Assembly (NCBI RefSeq): GCF_000150275.1
Contig: NW_002060943.1
Coordinates: 4,918,008-4,982,007 of the forward strand
Direction of reading: 5' to 3'
Length of the DNA stretch: 64,000 nucleotides
Source of the DNA: Trichoplax adhaerens
Taxonomy: Eukaryota; Animalia; Placozoa
The notes below the pieces were generated by a model, which worked only from the letters and a program-made list of their open reading frames with translations, was not told where the DNA came from and ran no database searches. Positions 43,101-56,796 of this stretch are shown piece after piece (positions within the stretch are counted from its first letter, which is position 1; every line of letters starts with the position of its first letter). Position numbers and translations under genes: made by a program.

Positions 43101-43621
43101 GATATCTTCAAATTTATAAAAATCACGCAACAGAAGATAATTGCAAACTATAAATAAACTGAAGTCAACAGAAGTTCCGGTTTCCCATTCTTCGACGTCG
43201 ATATGTTAAAAAGGAAATATCTTACTTTTATCTGTAATACGTGACACCTTTAGAAATTGAAATAATTCAAAAATTTATGAATCAACGTATTAATTAGACT
43301 TAATCATTACCAAAGAAAACAGTCGTGAAAATGCTACCTTAAAAAGTATGTAACAATAAAGATCTTAAAATTAAGAATCAGAAATTAATAATATTTTGTA
43401 CAAAAATATTCTATTATTAAGCATTAATAATAAAATTTTGAATGAAACTAATGTAATATTAGAATATATATTGTAATAAAATTATTATGATGTTCAAGTA
43501 TTGCCCTATAGCAATGTTTTATGTAATTCTGCTATATTGAAGAGCAGCAATTGAATTCAAGCTGGTAGAGGTCAAGAAATGTGCCAGTTCAACTATAAGG
43601 CTCCCATGCAGTATATTACGT

Positions 43622-44171
43622 TGTAATGTAACTAGTATTGTGATTGTAGACTGCTAGCCATGTTTAGTATAATATACGGTAGATATTATCCTAAGATATA
43701 TTTGGTAGCTGTAACTATAGACTGTAGTGGTAGAGACTCTATGCTAGGGTACAGATGGCTATATACAGTAAGGTGTTGAGTTACTAATATGGCTATAGGT
43801 AAAAATAGAACTGTAAATCATATATTAGGATATGGTTAATTCATTGTACTTTGGCTGATGTAAATAATGTCTACGTAAGTACTGTAGTCGTATCCATATT
43901 ACATTAATGATGGTCCGCAGTAGAATAGTCTTACTAAGAATAATTTAACTATGTGTAAAATAAGGTAAAAGGTTGCCATGCGGATTGTAGCTGCGAATGC
44001 TACGAAAAGTATAAAAGCATGCAACTTTAGATTATTCAGTTAGTTCGTTGTAGAAGTCTTTAGAAGTAGTATTCGGCTAAAGTAGAGCTGTGTGTAGTTG
44101 ATCTTTGTATAAGATTCAATAAAGCCCTTATTTTTCTAAAATTTGGAATTTCGTGATTGGTATATATCACA
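43622..44171 (+). mobile_element. Solo LTR, family A
   Basis: TSD TACGT; TATAAAA 44010-16, Inr-like TCAGTT 44036-41, AATAAA 44118-23 (U3-R-U5 order). Confidence 0.9.
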
Positions 44172-46281
44172 TACGTAATTTTTATTGCGATACACTTTTA
44201 AGGGCTTAAATATCACGAATACCTTAAGAATTAATAAAGAAGCAATTTATGTGCAAGTAAATAGCAATGAAGATGTTAAAATACTGATTATTTAATTATT
44301 TAATTATATAGGATCTAGTCACAATTTATGAATACATTTGCATTATATTTATTATTTAAGTGGTGTAAAATATTACTATACCTATTGGAAGCTCTATTGG
44401 AGATGAATACAATCACAATCACAACGAGGTTAGAGTAATTCCTTTCACATAAAGAAACTTTAAGACAAAATGGGCCGTAAGACTCTTATACTATCCTATA
44501 GAAATGAATCCATAACTAAAGGCATCGAAGAGTAGTATAAATACCTCGGTGCCCGCTTATTTGAAGGGAAGGCAGATGGTATGTACAGGATCGACTCATG
44601 CTAATTGCAGAACAATTGGATGACCGGTATTGCGCGTAATAATAAAACAAATAACAGACTAATTAGCAAATATTTGAGAAAATGTGAGAATTCGTTCATC
44701 GACCCGGATTCGTATATGACTGCTTTTGAAATAGTGGAAAACGCAAAGTCTATACTTCATTATGTTACAAAATATTGTAACTGATATCAGAGTAAAGTTA
44801 TGTAATAACATTACATTAAGTTAAAAGTTGAAAAACTACCTAGAAATGTACGCCGTAATATTACCCCAGGAGCACGTAGGTAAAGAAATTATTATGCCAA
44901 AAGTAGAATTGTTTCCTTTCAATACAATATTGAACTCATTGATTTCCTTATTCATAAGGTGACTTAAGAATTTGGAAGACAAATTTCGCGAAATTCAAGC
45001 TCGATTTATTTGTTAACCGAGAATGATGATATTCGTCTAGATTTTTTCTCTGCTGATATACTTAAAAATAAATTGGCCCGTTTAACAATATAAAGATATC
45101 TTATAGAAGCAAGTAACACGAACAGTTAATCTTGATAAATGGGGCTTAAAAAAGTCTTTTTTGAAAATTTGACTTCAATAAATAATGGTAACCCTGAGTT
45201 AATTTGTTTTTCACGGAAAGCATGTACGAATACAAGTCATCATATTGCCATAATAACCCACCCTTATAACTAGATAGCTAGGTATCTGTAAGGTCAAATT
45301 CCTTTTAACAATAAAATTAGTCTAGGAGTCAAGAGTCAAATTTGGAACTACTAACTACTTTATTTCTCGAAAGATCCTCGCTTTATAGACTATTGTCTAT
45401 ACAAAAGCAAGTTAATATCTTTATCACTAGATAGAGAAGACCTCTTCTCTATCTATCACTAACCTTAATTGTGACTTTATAGCACTAATAAGCACGAAAC
45501 GGATACTTGAGCATTACTCGAATTTTCCAAAGTTTCTCGTTTAAATCAGCATTCGAGATCACAATATCAAGCACTTAGTCATATCCATAATAAAAATCAG
45601 CCAATGCCGGTATCTACAGAATTTAATGTTAATAGCTTACATCTCCAATTAATTTGAACCTGCATATTTGAGATACATATCCTGCAATAAAATGGTTTTA
45701 ACTGGAAATTTTTGCTAAGTAAATAACTTTAAATTTGGCTTATTAAAATAAAACAAATTTCTAATGTAGTACAATATTCTTGATTACTCTTATAATTTTA
45801 AGAGTAACTTATTTTATAGGTAAGTCCGTCGAAAAAAATGTCTTTCTTCCACTCCTAAAAATAGTTAAAAATTGCTGATTCAGTACTGCAGATAGTCGAT
45901 TTAAACTCTGGAGCAATGATCCAATATAAGTTATATAAAACACAATCTAATTCTCCATTACAATCTTCGACTTAAAAAGTTAAAGACCAAATTAGTAGAT
46001 TAATCATAAACAAACTATATTCGCGTACAAGTGCACCTTTTCACCACATTATCTATCATTTCAAATCATTTTATTAAGAGCGGCCGATCTCCGGTTTTCT
46101 ATATCACATGGTGATTTACTTCAATTTCCTATTACACTTTCAAAAACATATTACTACTATAATGAGCCTAATTTACTATTATCCTATATTAAAGGTGCTC
46201 ATGGAAATTTCTCTAATTTTCTAAATTGTAAGGTTTGTAATCAATCATACAAATAGAATGATAATGTAGCAAATGTCAGGG

Positions 46282-46417
46282 CGTGACAGTGTTATGTACT
46301 GTATTAGAGTAGAAATATCTATGTTAGGATAATTCTGTTAGCATATCCTTATTTAGTTAACTTCTAATATAGATATACTGTATTTTAATATAGCACTGAC
46401 TTTTTATGACAGTGACA
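46282..46417. mobile_element. Truncated family B terminus, inverted relative to the other copies
   Basis: Reverse complement of the last ~135 bp of the 41264 and 58217 copies. Confidence 0.8.
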
Positions 46418-47633
46418 ACTTCCGTAATCAGAATCGTAATCGACTGGTCTAGACAATAAGTTAAGTCTTTAACTTAGAATAAAATCACAAATCTAACTTA
46501 TAAACCGAATTATTAAGCGCTTAAATAGTTATTTTAACGGTATAAACGATTTAACTACATTAATACCTCGCAGAGCTACGATAACTATTTATAGGTGATA
46601 TTTCACTTAAAGCATTTCATTCAGGATTTCTCTATACCCTAGTCTAGTCCTATTAAATACAGAATTAATATGGAAATGTCTTCGATTATCGTTATTTCTT
46701 ATCTAACACATTTAGGATAAGATTTTAATTTAGAATATTCAAATTTTACAAGTGGGGTTTATAGTAAATCGGCAGATAACAATAGTATCAGCTAAACCAA
46801 TTCCCAATATCTATATTTGCAATCTATCTCTAAATTTAGGGATTACTATCTAAACGGAACAATATCTATCCAGTTAAGGTTACAGCGTTATAGCGAAAAC
46901 ACTTATATGACTGATCTTGGTCTTACTGCAGGTATTCACAGTATATTTAGTAATGAAATAACCTAAGAAGCTGAATGACATTCGTCATACCCTAATATAG
47001 TCTAAATCTACATATTTACACATAAGAAATACTTCCAGCAATTTAGTACTGTGACATTGTTATACTATACTGTAAATTGAATGATTTCTTAATAAAGTTT
47101 GGGTTCAGATTTAGCAGTGAGAGTGTATAAAAGCCCTGTTACAATCCCTATTCTGAAAAAATTCGCAATAAATCGCTTCGATTGTTGGTGGTTGAAAACA
47201 GTTTATGGCCTAAATTTATCGTTGGGTGTTGGAGTGACGGTGTTGCTGTTATGCTAAGATTGAGTGAATTACTAGATTGGTGATATACAGTAAGGTAAGT
47301 CGTAGTGATAATCAGCTTACCAATTAATGGACTCACTAAACCTAACTTGGTCCTATAGTATTTTAACAATACACTACAAGACTACAAGGTATCGGGCTTA
47401 CTTGCATTTCTAGCCGCTCACGCTTAGGTAATTCCTTTGATCGTTTCTAGTATTTTTATTTCGTACAATATGTAGTGTAACAAATTACTGATACCGGATC
47501 TTACCGTTATTAAGAACATAGATGTTTAGATTAAGATTATTTATGAGTGATAGGTTAAAAATATTTACTGATAGAAAAGCTATCGGTATGCAAGGAATAT
47601 CTTGGTTTGAAAAGTCTCTCCTAGTATGGTATA

Positions 47634-48185
47634 TGTGATATATACCAATCACGAAATTCCAAATTTTAGAAAAATAAGGGCTTTATTGAATCTTATACAA
47701 AGATCAACTACACACAGCTCTACTTTAGCCGAATACTACTACTAAAGACTTCTACAACGAACTAACTGAATAATCTAAAGTTGCATGCTTTTATACTTTC
47801 CGTAGCATTCGCAGCTACAATCCGCATGGCAACCTTTTACCTTATTTTACACATAGTTAAATTATTCTTAGTAAGACTATTCTACTGCGGACCATCATTA
47901 ATCCAATATGGATACGACTACAGTACTTACGTAGACATTATTCACACCAGCCAAAGTACAATGAATTAACCATATCCTAATATATGATTTACAGTTCTAT
48001 TTTTACCTGTAGCCATATTAGTAACTCAACAGCTTACTGTATATAGTCATCTGTACTCTAGCATAGAGTCTCTACCACTACAGTCTATAGTTACAGCTAC
48101 CAAATATCTCTTAGGGTAAATATCTACCGTACATTATACTACACATGGCTAACAGTCTACAATCACAATACTAAGTTACATTACA
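47634..48185 (-). mobile_element. Solo LTR, family A
   Basis: TGTGATATA...TTACA, TSD GTATA. Confidence 0.9.
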
Positions 48186-48225
48186 GTATAATAATAATAT
48201 TGTTGTTGTGTACAAGTTAGATTTA

Positions 48226-48301
48226 CTAGTACAAACTCCCGTCACTATGCTGGCGGTTTACATTGTTATAATATTACGAATTCCCGTAGCTTTGCTGACG
48301 G
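48226..48301 (-). mobile_element. Helitron-like 3' terminus with a duplicated hairpin
   Basis: Minus strand CCGCCA-gcatag-TGACGG hairpin, ~9-nt spacer, then CTAG|T; second hairpin copy at 48283-48301. Confidence 0.45.
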
Positions 48302-51300
48302 ATTATGTTCTTATAATATTAAACTTCTAGAATATTATTTTACAACAATTCCTTTTCTACTGTTACTTAAAGATTTTTCGATAGACTACCATAAAGATGT
48401 AAGCATTTAAAAATTGTCTAAAACAAGTATAACGTAGCCTTACATTTCATTATTAAAAATTTTTTAATCTTATATAGGATACAAGAAAGATAAATTTAAA
48501 ATGTCCAGCTATTTCGTTACACTTATTTAACTTAAATTTTTATATACTCAATACATCAAGAAAAGTGACTTCCTTAAATTCAACAAGAATTTACAGCCAT
48601 TTGGTAAAACTTCTAGCAAATATTTCCAATTCTAAATTTATTAACTTTTATTCCACAAACAAAAAATAATTAAACAGAAGACATTGCAATATAATGCTGC
48701 GCTTATTGTAAATTTCTATTAAAAATATATCTGCTTTCACTATCCATTAGCCGTTCAAAAGATAACCACTAACATATGGTCTTTACTGTATATAGGCTAA
48801 TCAATTTAAGAGTTTAACTGTGCATTAACCGATTATAATAACATGGTTTATAATTAGATTGTGATATCAAGATAATAATAAACCAATAATTATTGACATA
48901 CTGCCTTCCTAGATACAGATGTTATGGTCGTTAATGCAGCTCTATTTCATGTCAACAAAATTAGCTCAAGCTAATACAGTCATGGTAACGATATAAATAC
49001 ATATCTATATCATATTAAAGTAACAATTTAATAACACGTATTTTTAAATTGAAACTGAAATTCCAATATTTCTTTAGTCTACCGTAAATGGATAGCATTC
49101 GAGACTATTAGGAAATATCTGACTTTTATCCAGTTCAACCAACCATCCCTGACATTAGATTATCTCAGTTTTAATTCTATTCTGTAAAAGAGTTCAGAAA
49201 TTTGCCTGTTGCTTGTGAAATAAGCAATCTACCTGAAAATTGACTAAGTAAAGATTCCAAAGTCATGAAAGAATCACGACTTTTGTAGCCATACTGTGAT
49301 AAGGGTAAAGATAATATCCAAAGCATTTTGGCATTACACTAATGATATCAATACGTAAAAGTACTCCATGCATAATAGAAGACTCTACAATAAACATCAT
49401 ACAGCAGAATGTAATGGGCAACTTTTATTGCCTTGAGATTTTAAAGATTTGATGTCATCATTTTGCAAGTTTTAATTTAATATATCACGCGTAGATGTAA
49501 TAAATAGAGCAGTTTACTTTACGTTAAGGGATGCTGAGTTATAGAAATTAATGTTAAGATTTGTTTATCTGCCAATTTATCGAATTTATCTGGCTAGAAA
49601 AAGTTAGATGCTATGGATAGGAAATACGACACAAAATAATTCAAAATCGATATATACCATACGGTAGCAACGAGTAACAAGATTAAAACAAAGCAAAAAC
49701 TCTTTCACCTTCCTAACATAATTTCCTTAACTTCAACTAGCTTTTTATACTTTTAATTTTATGAAGTAATACGCAAGTACAAATAGCTAATTCAAATCCA
49801 TTATACTCCATAAAAGTACTGTATATCATTCCTGATAGTTGGTTGATACTAAAGTCGGTCATGTCATCTGCAACCAAGATCATAGAATAAACAGAACAAG
49901 GGAAATTGAGTATATCACCTTATATTTACAATGTTTAACCAGTTAAAAGTAGATATGTACTGTATGCCTTCAATGTAACTTTTTGGCTGAAAATTTTTTA
50001 AAATCGTCGGATAAACTTTTATATTGTTTCTCATCATCAAAATAGTAGATTTAAATTAATTAAATAATCAATTTACGAAATTACCATTAACATACAGTAA
50101 GTAAATTGCATTTCTTAGAAAAAATTCGGCCGGGCGAAAGCTAATAAGCCGGCTAATAAAAAGCAAGCATGATACTTTAGGTCTAATAAAACCAAGTAAT
50201 TGGATTTAATTTTTACTATTTAAGATACGCATTCCGTTAAATTCATAAATTTTTAATTTTGGTCAAGACTACATTCCTTATAGCTTTAAATTTAAAAGTA
50301 CTTACTTAAAATAACTCTTGAAGAAGAGTTCTTATTATAATAGCATCATGTATACCATTTTCGAAATAATTTTTTGCAGCACATGTTGTGAGGTTTGATG
50401 TGAGTTTCATTTATATCGCTACTTAATAACTACGCCTCATATTTTCTACGCTACTATATAGTTCATTTGGATTCTGAAATAGAATCTTTGATTACAGTCT
50501 ATAGCTATGAGCTAGCAAATATTTATGCAGATAAACATAGAAAGCTACTCTATCGCACATCATACTAAATATAAGTAATAATCTATAATTCAATACAGGT
50601 ACTGAGTTATATTACATTAGTTTCCTATAATCACTAATTTACACTACACTTACATATTTTCTTATTACCGGTCGACTCTATTAACCGTTAATTCATTTCA
50701 AATTGCCTACTGACCTCAATTCCAATCATACTAATAATCAGAGCCAGAATATCTGATACTGAGACGATGGATTTTATTGCAGACTACATACATTAATTTA
50801 CTACCAAGATACCAATGTACAATCATATAATTGGCAATCATTTATCTGAGTTTCTTATTAAGAATATTGTCGTATATTGGTCATCAAACCTAGATGGATT
50901 TGAGTAATCTGTCCGCAGGTCCTAATTTTATTACATCAATCGAAGTAAGGTATTCTTTGGCTGTTAGCAACGAAATAATCTGATAATTAGACAAAGTGTT
51001 TATATACAAACACAAATAGAAGCTTTTATATGTTCCGTTACCTAGAAACTGATACTAAATAAAGTATAACTATAATAAGTGCAGACCTTACCTTCGCATA
51101 ATTAATTGCTTCTGTATGCAAAATGATCAAAGAAGTTATATTGTAGTTTTTCATGTCCTTTGAAGTCTCCAATTACGTGGTTTTTTTAGCTATTAAGGAA
51201 TCTTAAAATTATAGCACAAATACAGTCAAGCATATTCGGTATCCTGTAATTGGAAACAGTATCCTTATCATTTAGGGCTAACCGGAGACATAGCTTTGAC

Positions 51301-54300
51301 ATTGAAGGCCTAGTAAAAACGTATCTAGCCTCAGTAAGATAGATGGCACACTTATACGATCAGTTTCAATTACTAGGCCTCTACACTAACTGACAGAGTG
51401 ACAAGATATATCCTTAGTAAGTATGCAGTGGTTTAACGAAAAGTGTACGTGACCATTCGGAGCAATTGCAGAAATCGGAGCTTGATTATTGCATCAACAC
51501 TGAACTAGATGCATTGCAATTAGTAAGATAGGAAACTTTCCAGTGATAGTTGTTGAAATGAATTAATTAGCTCTAGTAAATGCATCGATGAGTTCAGAAT
51601 CTCCGTCATTGTAATGGAAGTAAATTGGGCGTCATAGAAGCGGCGCCACCTGATTACAAATTATTTAAATTTGGGGGAAAGACGCCAAAGCTATATAATT
51701 TGTGTTTCAATCTTTTAACAATGAGTAATCGTATATCTCAGTAAACAATCTGAATTAGAGAATATAACCTTAAAAGAGTTAAAGACCTTATCATTGTCTG
51801 TCTAATATCTATACTATAGAGAAAAATTTCACGGCAATAATTTGGCAAGTAATTTACCAATTCTTTTGTTATAAGTAGTAATCAATTTTAGCATATCCGC
51901 GTCGTGATTATATTCGAAACAATATCTACTCGAACTATCGTATTGACAATTGTTATATTAACTTATAGATGCATTAATTTTAATGATTCATTAAACATAA
52001 TCCATTCTCAAACGTTAACCTAGTGGAAAGAGCAACGGTAAATATTTACGAAATGAGACTGTTTACTGCGGACAACTTGTTGGTTTCAAACACATAGATT
52101 AATATATAGTCCATGTAATTTCATACAAACGGTAAATATTTATCTGATATATCTTATTCATCAACAACACACTTATTAAGTAATTAATGGGTTGATTGAC
52201 GGCATAATCAAACAATAAAAAATAAATATAATATTCACGTAATTACAAATGAAGGTCCCATCAATTAGCAATGCTAAATTTTTCTTTAGTAATTTACCAA
52301 CTCTACTTCATCAATTTCAATCTTACTGCTTCACATCAGCAAGGAAATAAGAATAACATTTCCTGATCTCCCAAAATGTATGAATATTCACTTCTGCTAG
52401 TCCCTATAAATATTACCGACCGCTTTTCTGGTTTCACTAGCATGGCAATAATATACTGTATAATTTCTATAGAAGGACATCATTAAAGCTCAGTTATTTT
52501 TTATCATTTTCAATAACTTAGCTAAAAAATGATGTAAGTTCCATTATATGTAAATACTGAGTGTCAAAGGCATATTCTCCAATATGAGATACGTTTGCAA
52601 AAGGGCAATAATAAATGGTCTAGTGATAAAATCAAGTAATTTAACTATACAATTTACTCAGATGCAACTGATTAGGTCCTTACTTTAGAGGATATTCATC
52701 TTCAATTTTAAAAAGGTTATCACCACTAATTACGATTGCATCAATACGAAATCGACGATAATTAACGAATATTTAAACTTAAATTGATACATTTGGAATC
52801 TTTCATTCTTTACTTATTCAATAAGTTACTCAGATACTAATGCATCACTTCAACAAGAAAAATTTCTATTAAATAGACATTCTGTACTTCATATTGACCC
52901 CATGAAGATCTTCAGAGGTAAAGTGATTATCCGTTCTAATACATATAATCCTTATATGACAACACATAACAGCTAAACATATTGATAACAAAAATGTCAC
53001 TGCTAGTATCTCAACTACGTTATTAGTGATGCATAACTAATTTTTAACAGCGATGATATTAGTGATTTATTTTAAGCTATTATAGGGCCAAGAGTAGTAA
53101 TAGTACTCCAATTAATAAGTTTAAAACCTGGAATAACTTTTCATTTGAAGTTTAGAAAGAAATATTCCATAAGCTTAAGGTATATTTCTCACTTTAGTAA
53201 CTCTTTTTTCCATCTAAAGACCCGTTATGTGTGCACAATTACGTATGTAAAAGTAATTCATTGACGAACTAAATAAGATATTATCAATGTCAATAAATCC
53301 GTTAAAAGAAGCATTATCATAAAATACAGTACAATAATATTCATTCTTAATCTAGTGATCGCAGTCTCTTAGCCACGGTGGCAAACAAATTTTATTTACT
53401 ATAATTAAGATTATAAACTCGATTAATTATTGCACCGTCATGCACAATTTACCAATCGTAATACAAACGGATAAAATAACAACACTTATTTACGCCAATA
53501 TACATATTTTCGCCATCAGCAATAGCAACAGTGATAGTAAGTAATATTTACGGGGTAATGAATAATTCTATCGATATTGAATTTTCAATATTACAAAAGT
53601 AGAATTGGGATAACATACAATTACTGCATTTAAAATTCAATTATCAGAGTATATTGGCGTCATCAGTACTATGACTAGTTATAACTAATAGAATTCAATT
53701 AAGATCAAAGCATGCATCTACAGCTTTATATACTTATATTTATAATCGAATTAGACTACATTGCTATGTCATAGTGATAAATTTACTTCATACTTTGATT
53801 ATGTAGGTCTCATCGCTTGCCCTACACCATTTTCTGAACACATAGGTATAACAGCCGGACGGTGACCACCTACGATTTGAAAGAGCATTTCGTTTTAAGA
53901 CATAGCTACTTTAACTAAGCACTGTATTTGGTATTATTCATCTAAATCAATTCCAATGCTAACATGGTATGATAGAAATATATCTCAAATTATCAGTTCA
54001 AAATATCTAAGCCTGAGTCATGCGAGATAGGACTCTGCATAAGCTTTGTCAATTGTATAAAATAAAAATTCGATCTTAGTCTTAATATCAATTTTGTTGC
54101 TTATATACTTTAACACTATGATCTATCTGTTTATATAGTTGAATGGGATATGAAAGCTAGTCTGCTTGTAATAAAACTGTACCCTGTTTTATACTATTTG
54201 GCGTAAGCTTTGTATTGGAATTTGGCTAACTTTGAAGATAAAGCATACCGGAGGTTAAGCCGCGCACCGAAGTTACCTAATGAACCAGTTAAAATAAAAA

Positions 54301-55794
54301 GTACTTTATTTACTCTCGTACCGTAGATCCAGTCGTAATAAGAAATATAAAAATCGCATTTACTGACATATTGATCAATTCGATTACTCAAAGATTAAAA
54401 AATATAGATTGCGCTACACAATTTCCTTATTTTCTCTACCAAATCAAGCCTGCTAATTAAATTATTAATCTGATATCTTAGTTACTAACTGTTTCGAATA
54501 ATTAACCACTGATAAACCATCTCCTTTTAAGAGCACTTTATATCAACATCAACACCTTTACGGCGCCAGTTAGTTAACATGACCCCGTAATTATTAAAAC
54601 AATATTTGTAAAAATTCTTTAGTAATACTTAAGCTAAGAAACTAAATGAAAGGGTTATATAAATGATAGGGCAAGCATAGGCGCTAAAAACATGTTATTG
54701 ATGAATAAAGTGAGTAAGTTAGTATGTCCAATGTAATTAATGTTCATTATTAGGAAATTAGAAATAGTATATGACGGGATACTTCTGATAAATATTTAAT
54801 GTCCAAGGAGAATACTATTGGACAAATTAATGTACATACAAGTAATCAAAAACAAATGTATCAATTTTTACATAGCTTTTGAATCCAACTAGGTGAATCT
54901 ACAACGCAAAAATTGAATTACAACGCGCGTCATAAATATAATAGACCAGTGATAACATGAACATTGCTTGCATGATTTAGTAATGGGTATTTAATCCAGC
55001 GTATAATAATCTACAAACAATAGTCTTACTAAGGAGAAAATTGAGATCGATAACAAAATGAATGGTATAGCAAGTTCGCTTGTGATTAGTAATTCTTTTA
55101 GCTATCACTTTCAGCTGCGAAACTAGCAAAATAATGTACTGTATCTCAATGAATTACTTCCTATTTGTATGACCAGCAAACGAATTCATCGATCCATGAA
55201 GAATATGTACAAGAACATGGGTACTTTTTATTTTATTTTCGGTCAATTCCAGGTTATTAAGACAGTCATTGATAGACAATAATTATGTGGGCTAAAAATG
55301 CGTAGTCTTATTATGAATCAATTGTATTATATTGAAAAAATTCATTGCTAATTTATGATTCAGACTTTACGTCTACGTTCATACCATATAGTCCTTATTT
55401 TTAAATTAATTATTCATATGATGACGATCAAAATATGCAGAATATAATTTTGTTAACCATTTTAGGAATTAGCATTCAGAGACATTTATATCTGTATTTA
55501 TTAAATCCTCAAATGAGTCCATTGTATCTTAATTATCCTAACTATAGGTCAGTAAGCAATAGAGCTAAAAACAGAAATTCCTTATAATGAGTCATACCAC
55601 CTCCAAATTCAATAAATAACTTCGTTTATTTCTACCTATGCTCATATAAAGAAGTAAGTAAATTGATTACTAGATAGAGAGAAGAGTTAATTTATTCCTC
55701 TTAAATTCAATTCGTTGATTAAGACGTTGAGTTAAATTGCCTTTCAATTTATCAAAACCAAAAGAAAATATATTCTTTATAAGAAACTACCGCC

Positions 55795-56796
55795 ATGAAT
55801 GCTCCCGTCGTTAATACATCTAACACAACAAATAATGTATGGTACTACTTTTCTAGAACATTTTATTCTTCATCAGTATTGGCGATTGGTACCACTATTG
55901 GATTTACTGGTTTACTAACAAATTCAATCTTGCTTGTTACAATCTTGATGGTTAGAAAATTAAGAAAGTCAAGTAGAACCCTTACAAGCTTATCTTTATG
56001 TGGCATCCTGTTTGCAGCTGTTTTTATTTTACCTATACATCTATTACCACCACAACAATCTATGGCATACCTCGTTAACTACGACTTACTAGGTGCACGC
56101 TGTGGTGTATTGCTATTAATAAATATCAATTTACACCAGTGTGTACTAGGAATAGAACGATGGTTGGCTGTGGCCTCGCCATTACGCTATCGCAGATATA
56201 GAAAGAGCAAATTAGTGAATTTTACTTGCATACTCTTATGGGTTACTTCTTTAATATTAACACATTTACCACTAGCCTTTCGTTGCATTATGACCACAAC
56301 TGCTTCTATTTCAGCCTTAGCTGCATCTAATGAATTGCGAGTAAAAGCTAGACGAATTGAAAAAATAAGCTTTCAAGTTATTCTATCAAGCACTTACCTA
56401 ATGCTTTTAATTATTATGGTCTCGTCTTATTGCTCTACTCTAGCCAGTGTCAACTCTTCTCGCAGGAAAAACTTGTTCGTATGTTCTAAACCGAAACCGA
56501 AACATATGTCTTCCGCTAAAGCTATCCGTCAAATGACTATTGTAACTGGCACTTTTTTAATACTTTGTTCGCCTGCATTAACTATTATTATGTCTCCAAT
56601 GCTAGGTAGTACCCATATTTCAAATTATACTTTCACTGTTATTTCATTTTACTTCCTGGTTTCTTATCCCTCTGCCTACCCTATTTTGTATTGTTATTAC
56701 GGTAGAAATATTAAGAAAGAACTTCAAACAGCGGCAATGACCCGTAGCATTCGATCATTTAACGATAGTAAAATTCGCGATAGAACAACATCCTAA
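55795..56796 (+). CDS. Intronless class A (rhodopsin-like) orphan GPCR, 333 aa
   Basis: Strong Kozak context accgccATG; N-terminal sequons NTS/NTT; 7 hydrophobic segments; TM1 GLLTNS, TM3 IERWLAVASPLRY, TM4 W, TM6 FLILCSP, TM7 YPILY followed by helix 8 (NIKKEL); AATAAA at 56935-56940. Confidence 0.93.
   Translation: MNAPVVNTSNTTNNVWYYFSRTFYSSSVLAIGTTIGFTGLLTNSILLVTILMVRKLRKSSRTLTSLSLCGILFAAVFILPIHLLPPQQSMAYLVNYDLLGARCGVLLLININLHQCVLGIERWLAVASPLRYRRYRKSKLVNFTCILLWVTSLILTHLPLAFRCIMTTTASISALAASNELRVKARRIEKISFQVILSSTYLMLLIIMVSSYCSTLASVNSSRRKNLFVCSKPKPKHMSSAKAIRQMTIVTGTFLILCSPALTIIMSPMLGSTHISNYTFTVISFYFLVSYPSAYPILYCYYGRNIKKELQTAAMTRSIRSFNDSKIRDRTTS

Noticed and set aside
42551-44171. Single two-LTR element (TRIM)
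   Set aside because: Each copy has its own TSD and the outer flanks do not match.
2558-54391. Other short ORFs (2558, 4135, 12963, 17234, 25016, 25107, 35141, 41615, 54194)
   Set aside because: No recognisable motifs, mostly non-ATG starts or within repeats or introns; consistent with chance.
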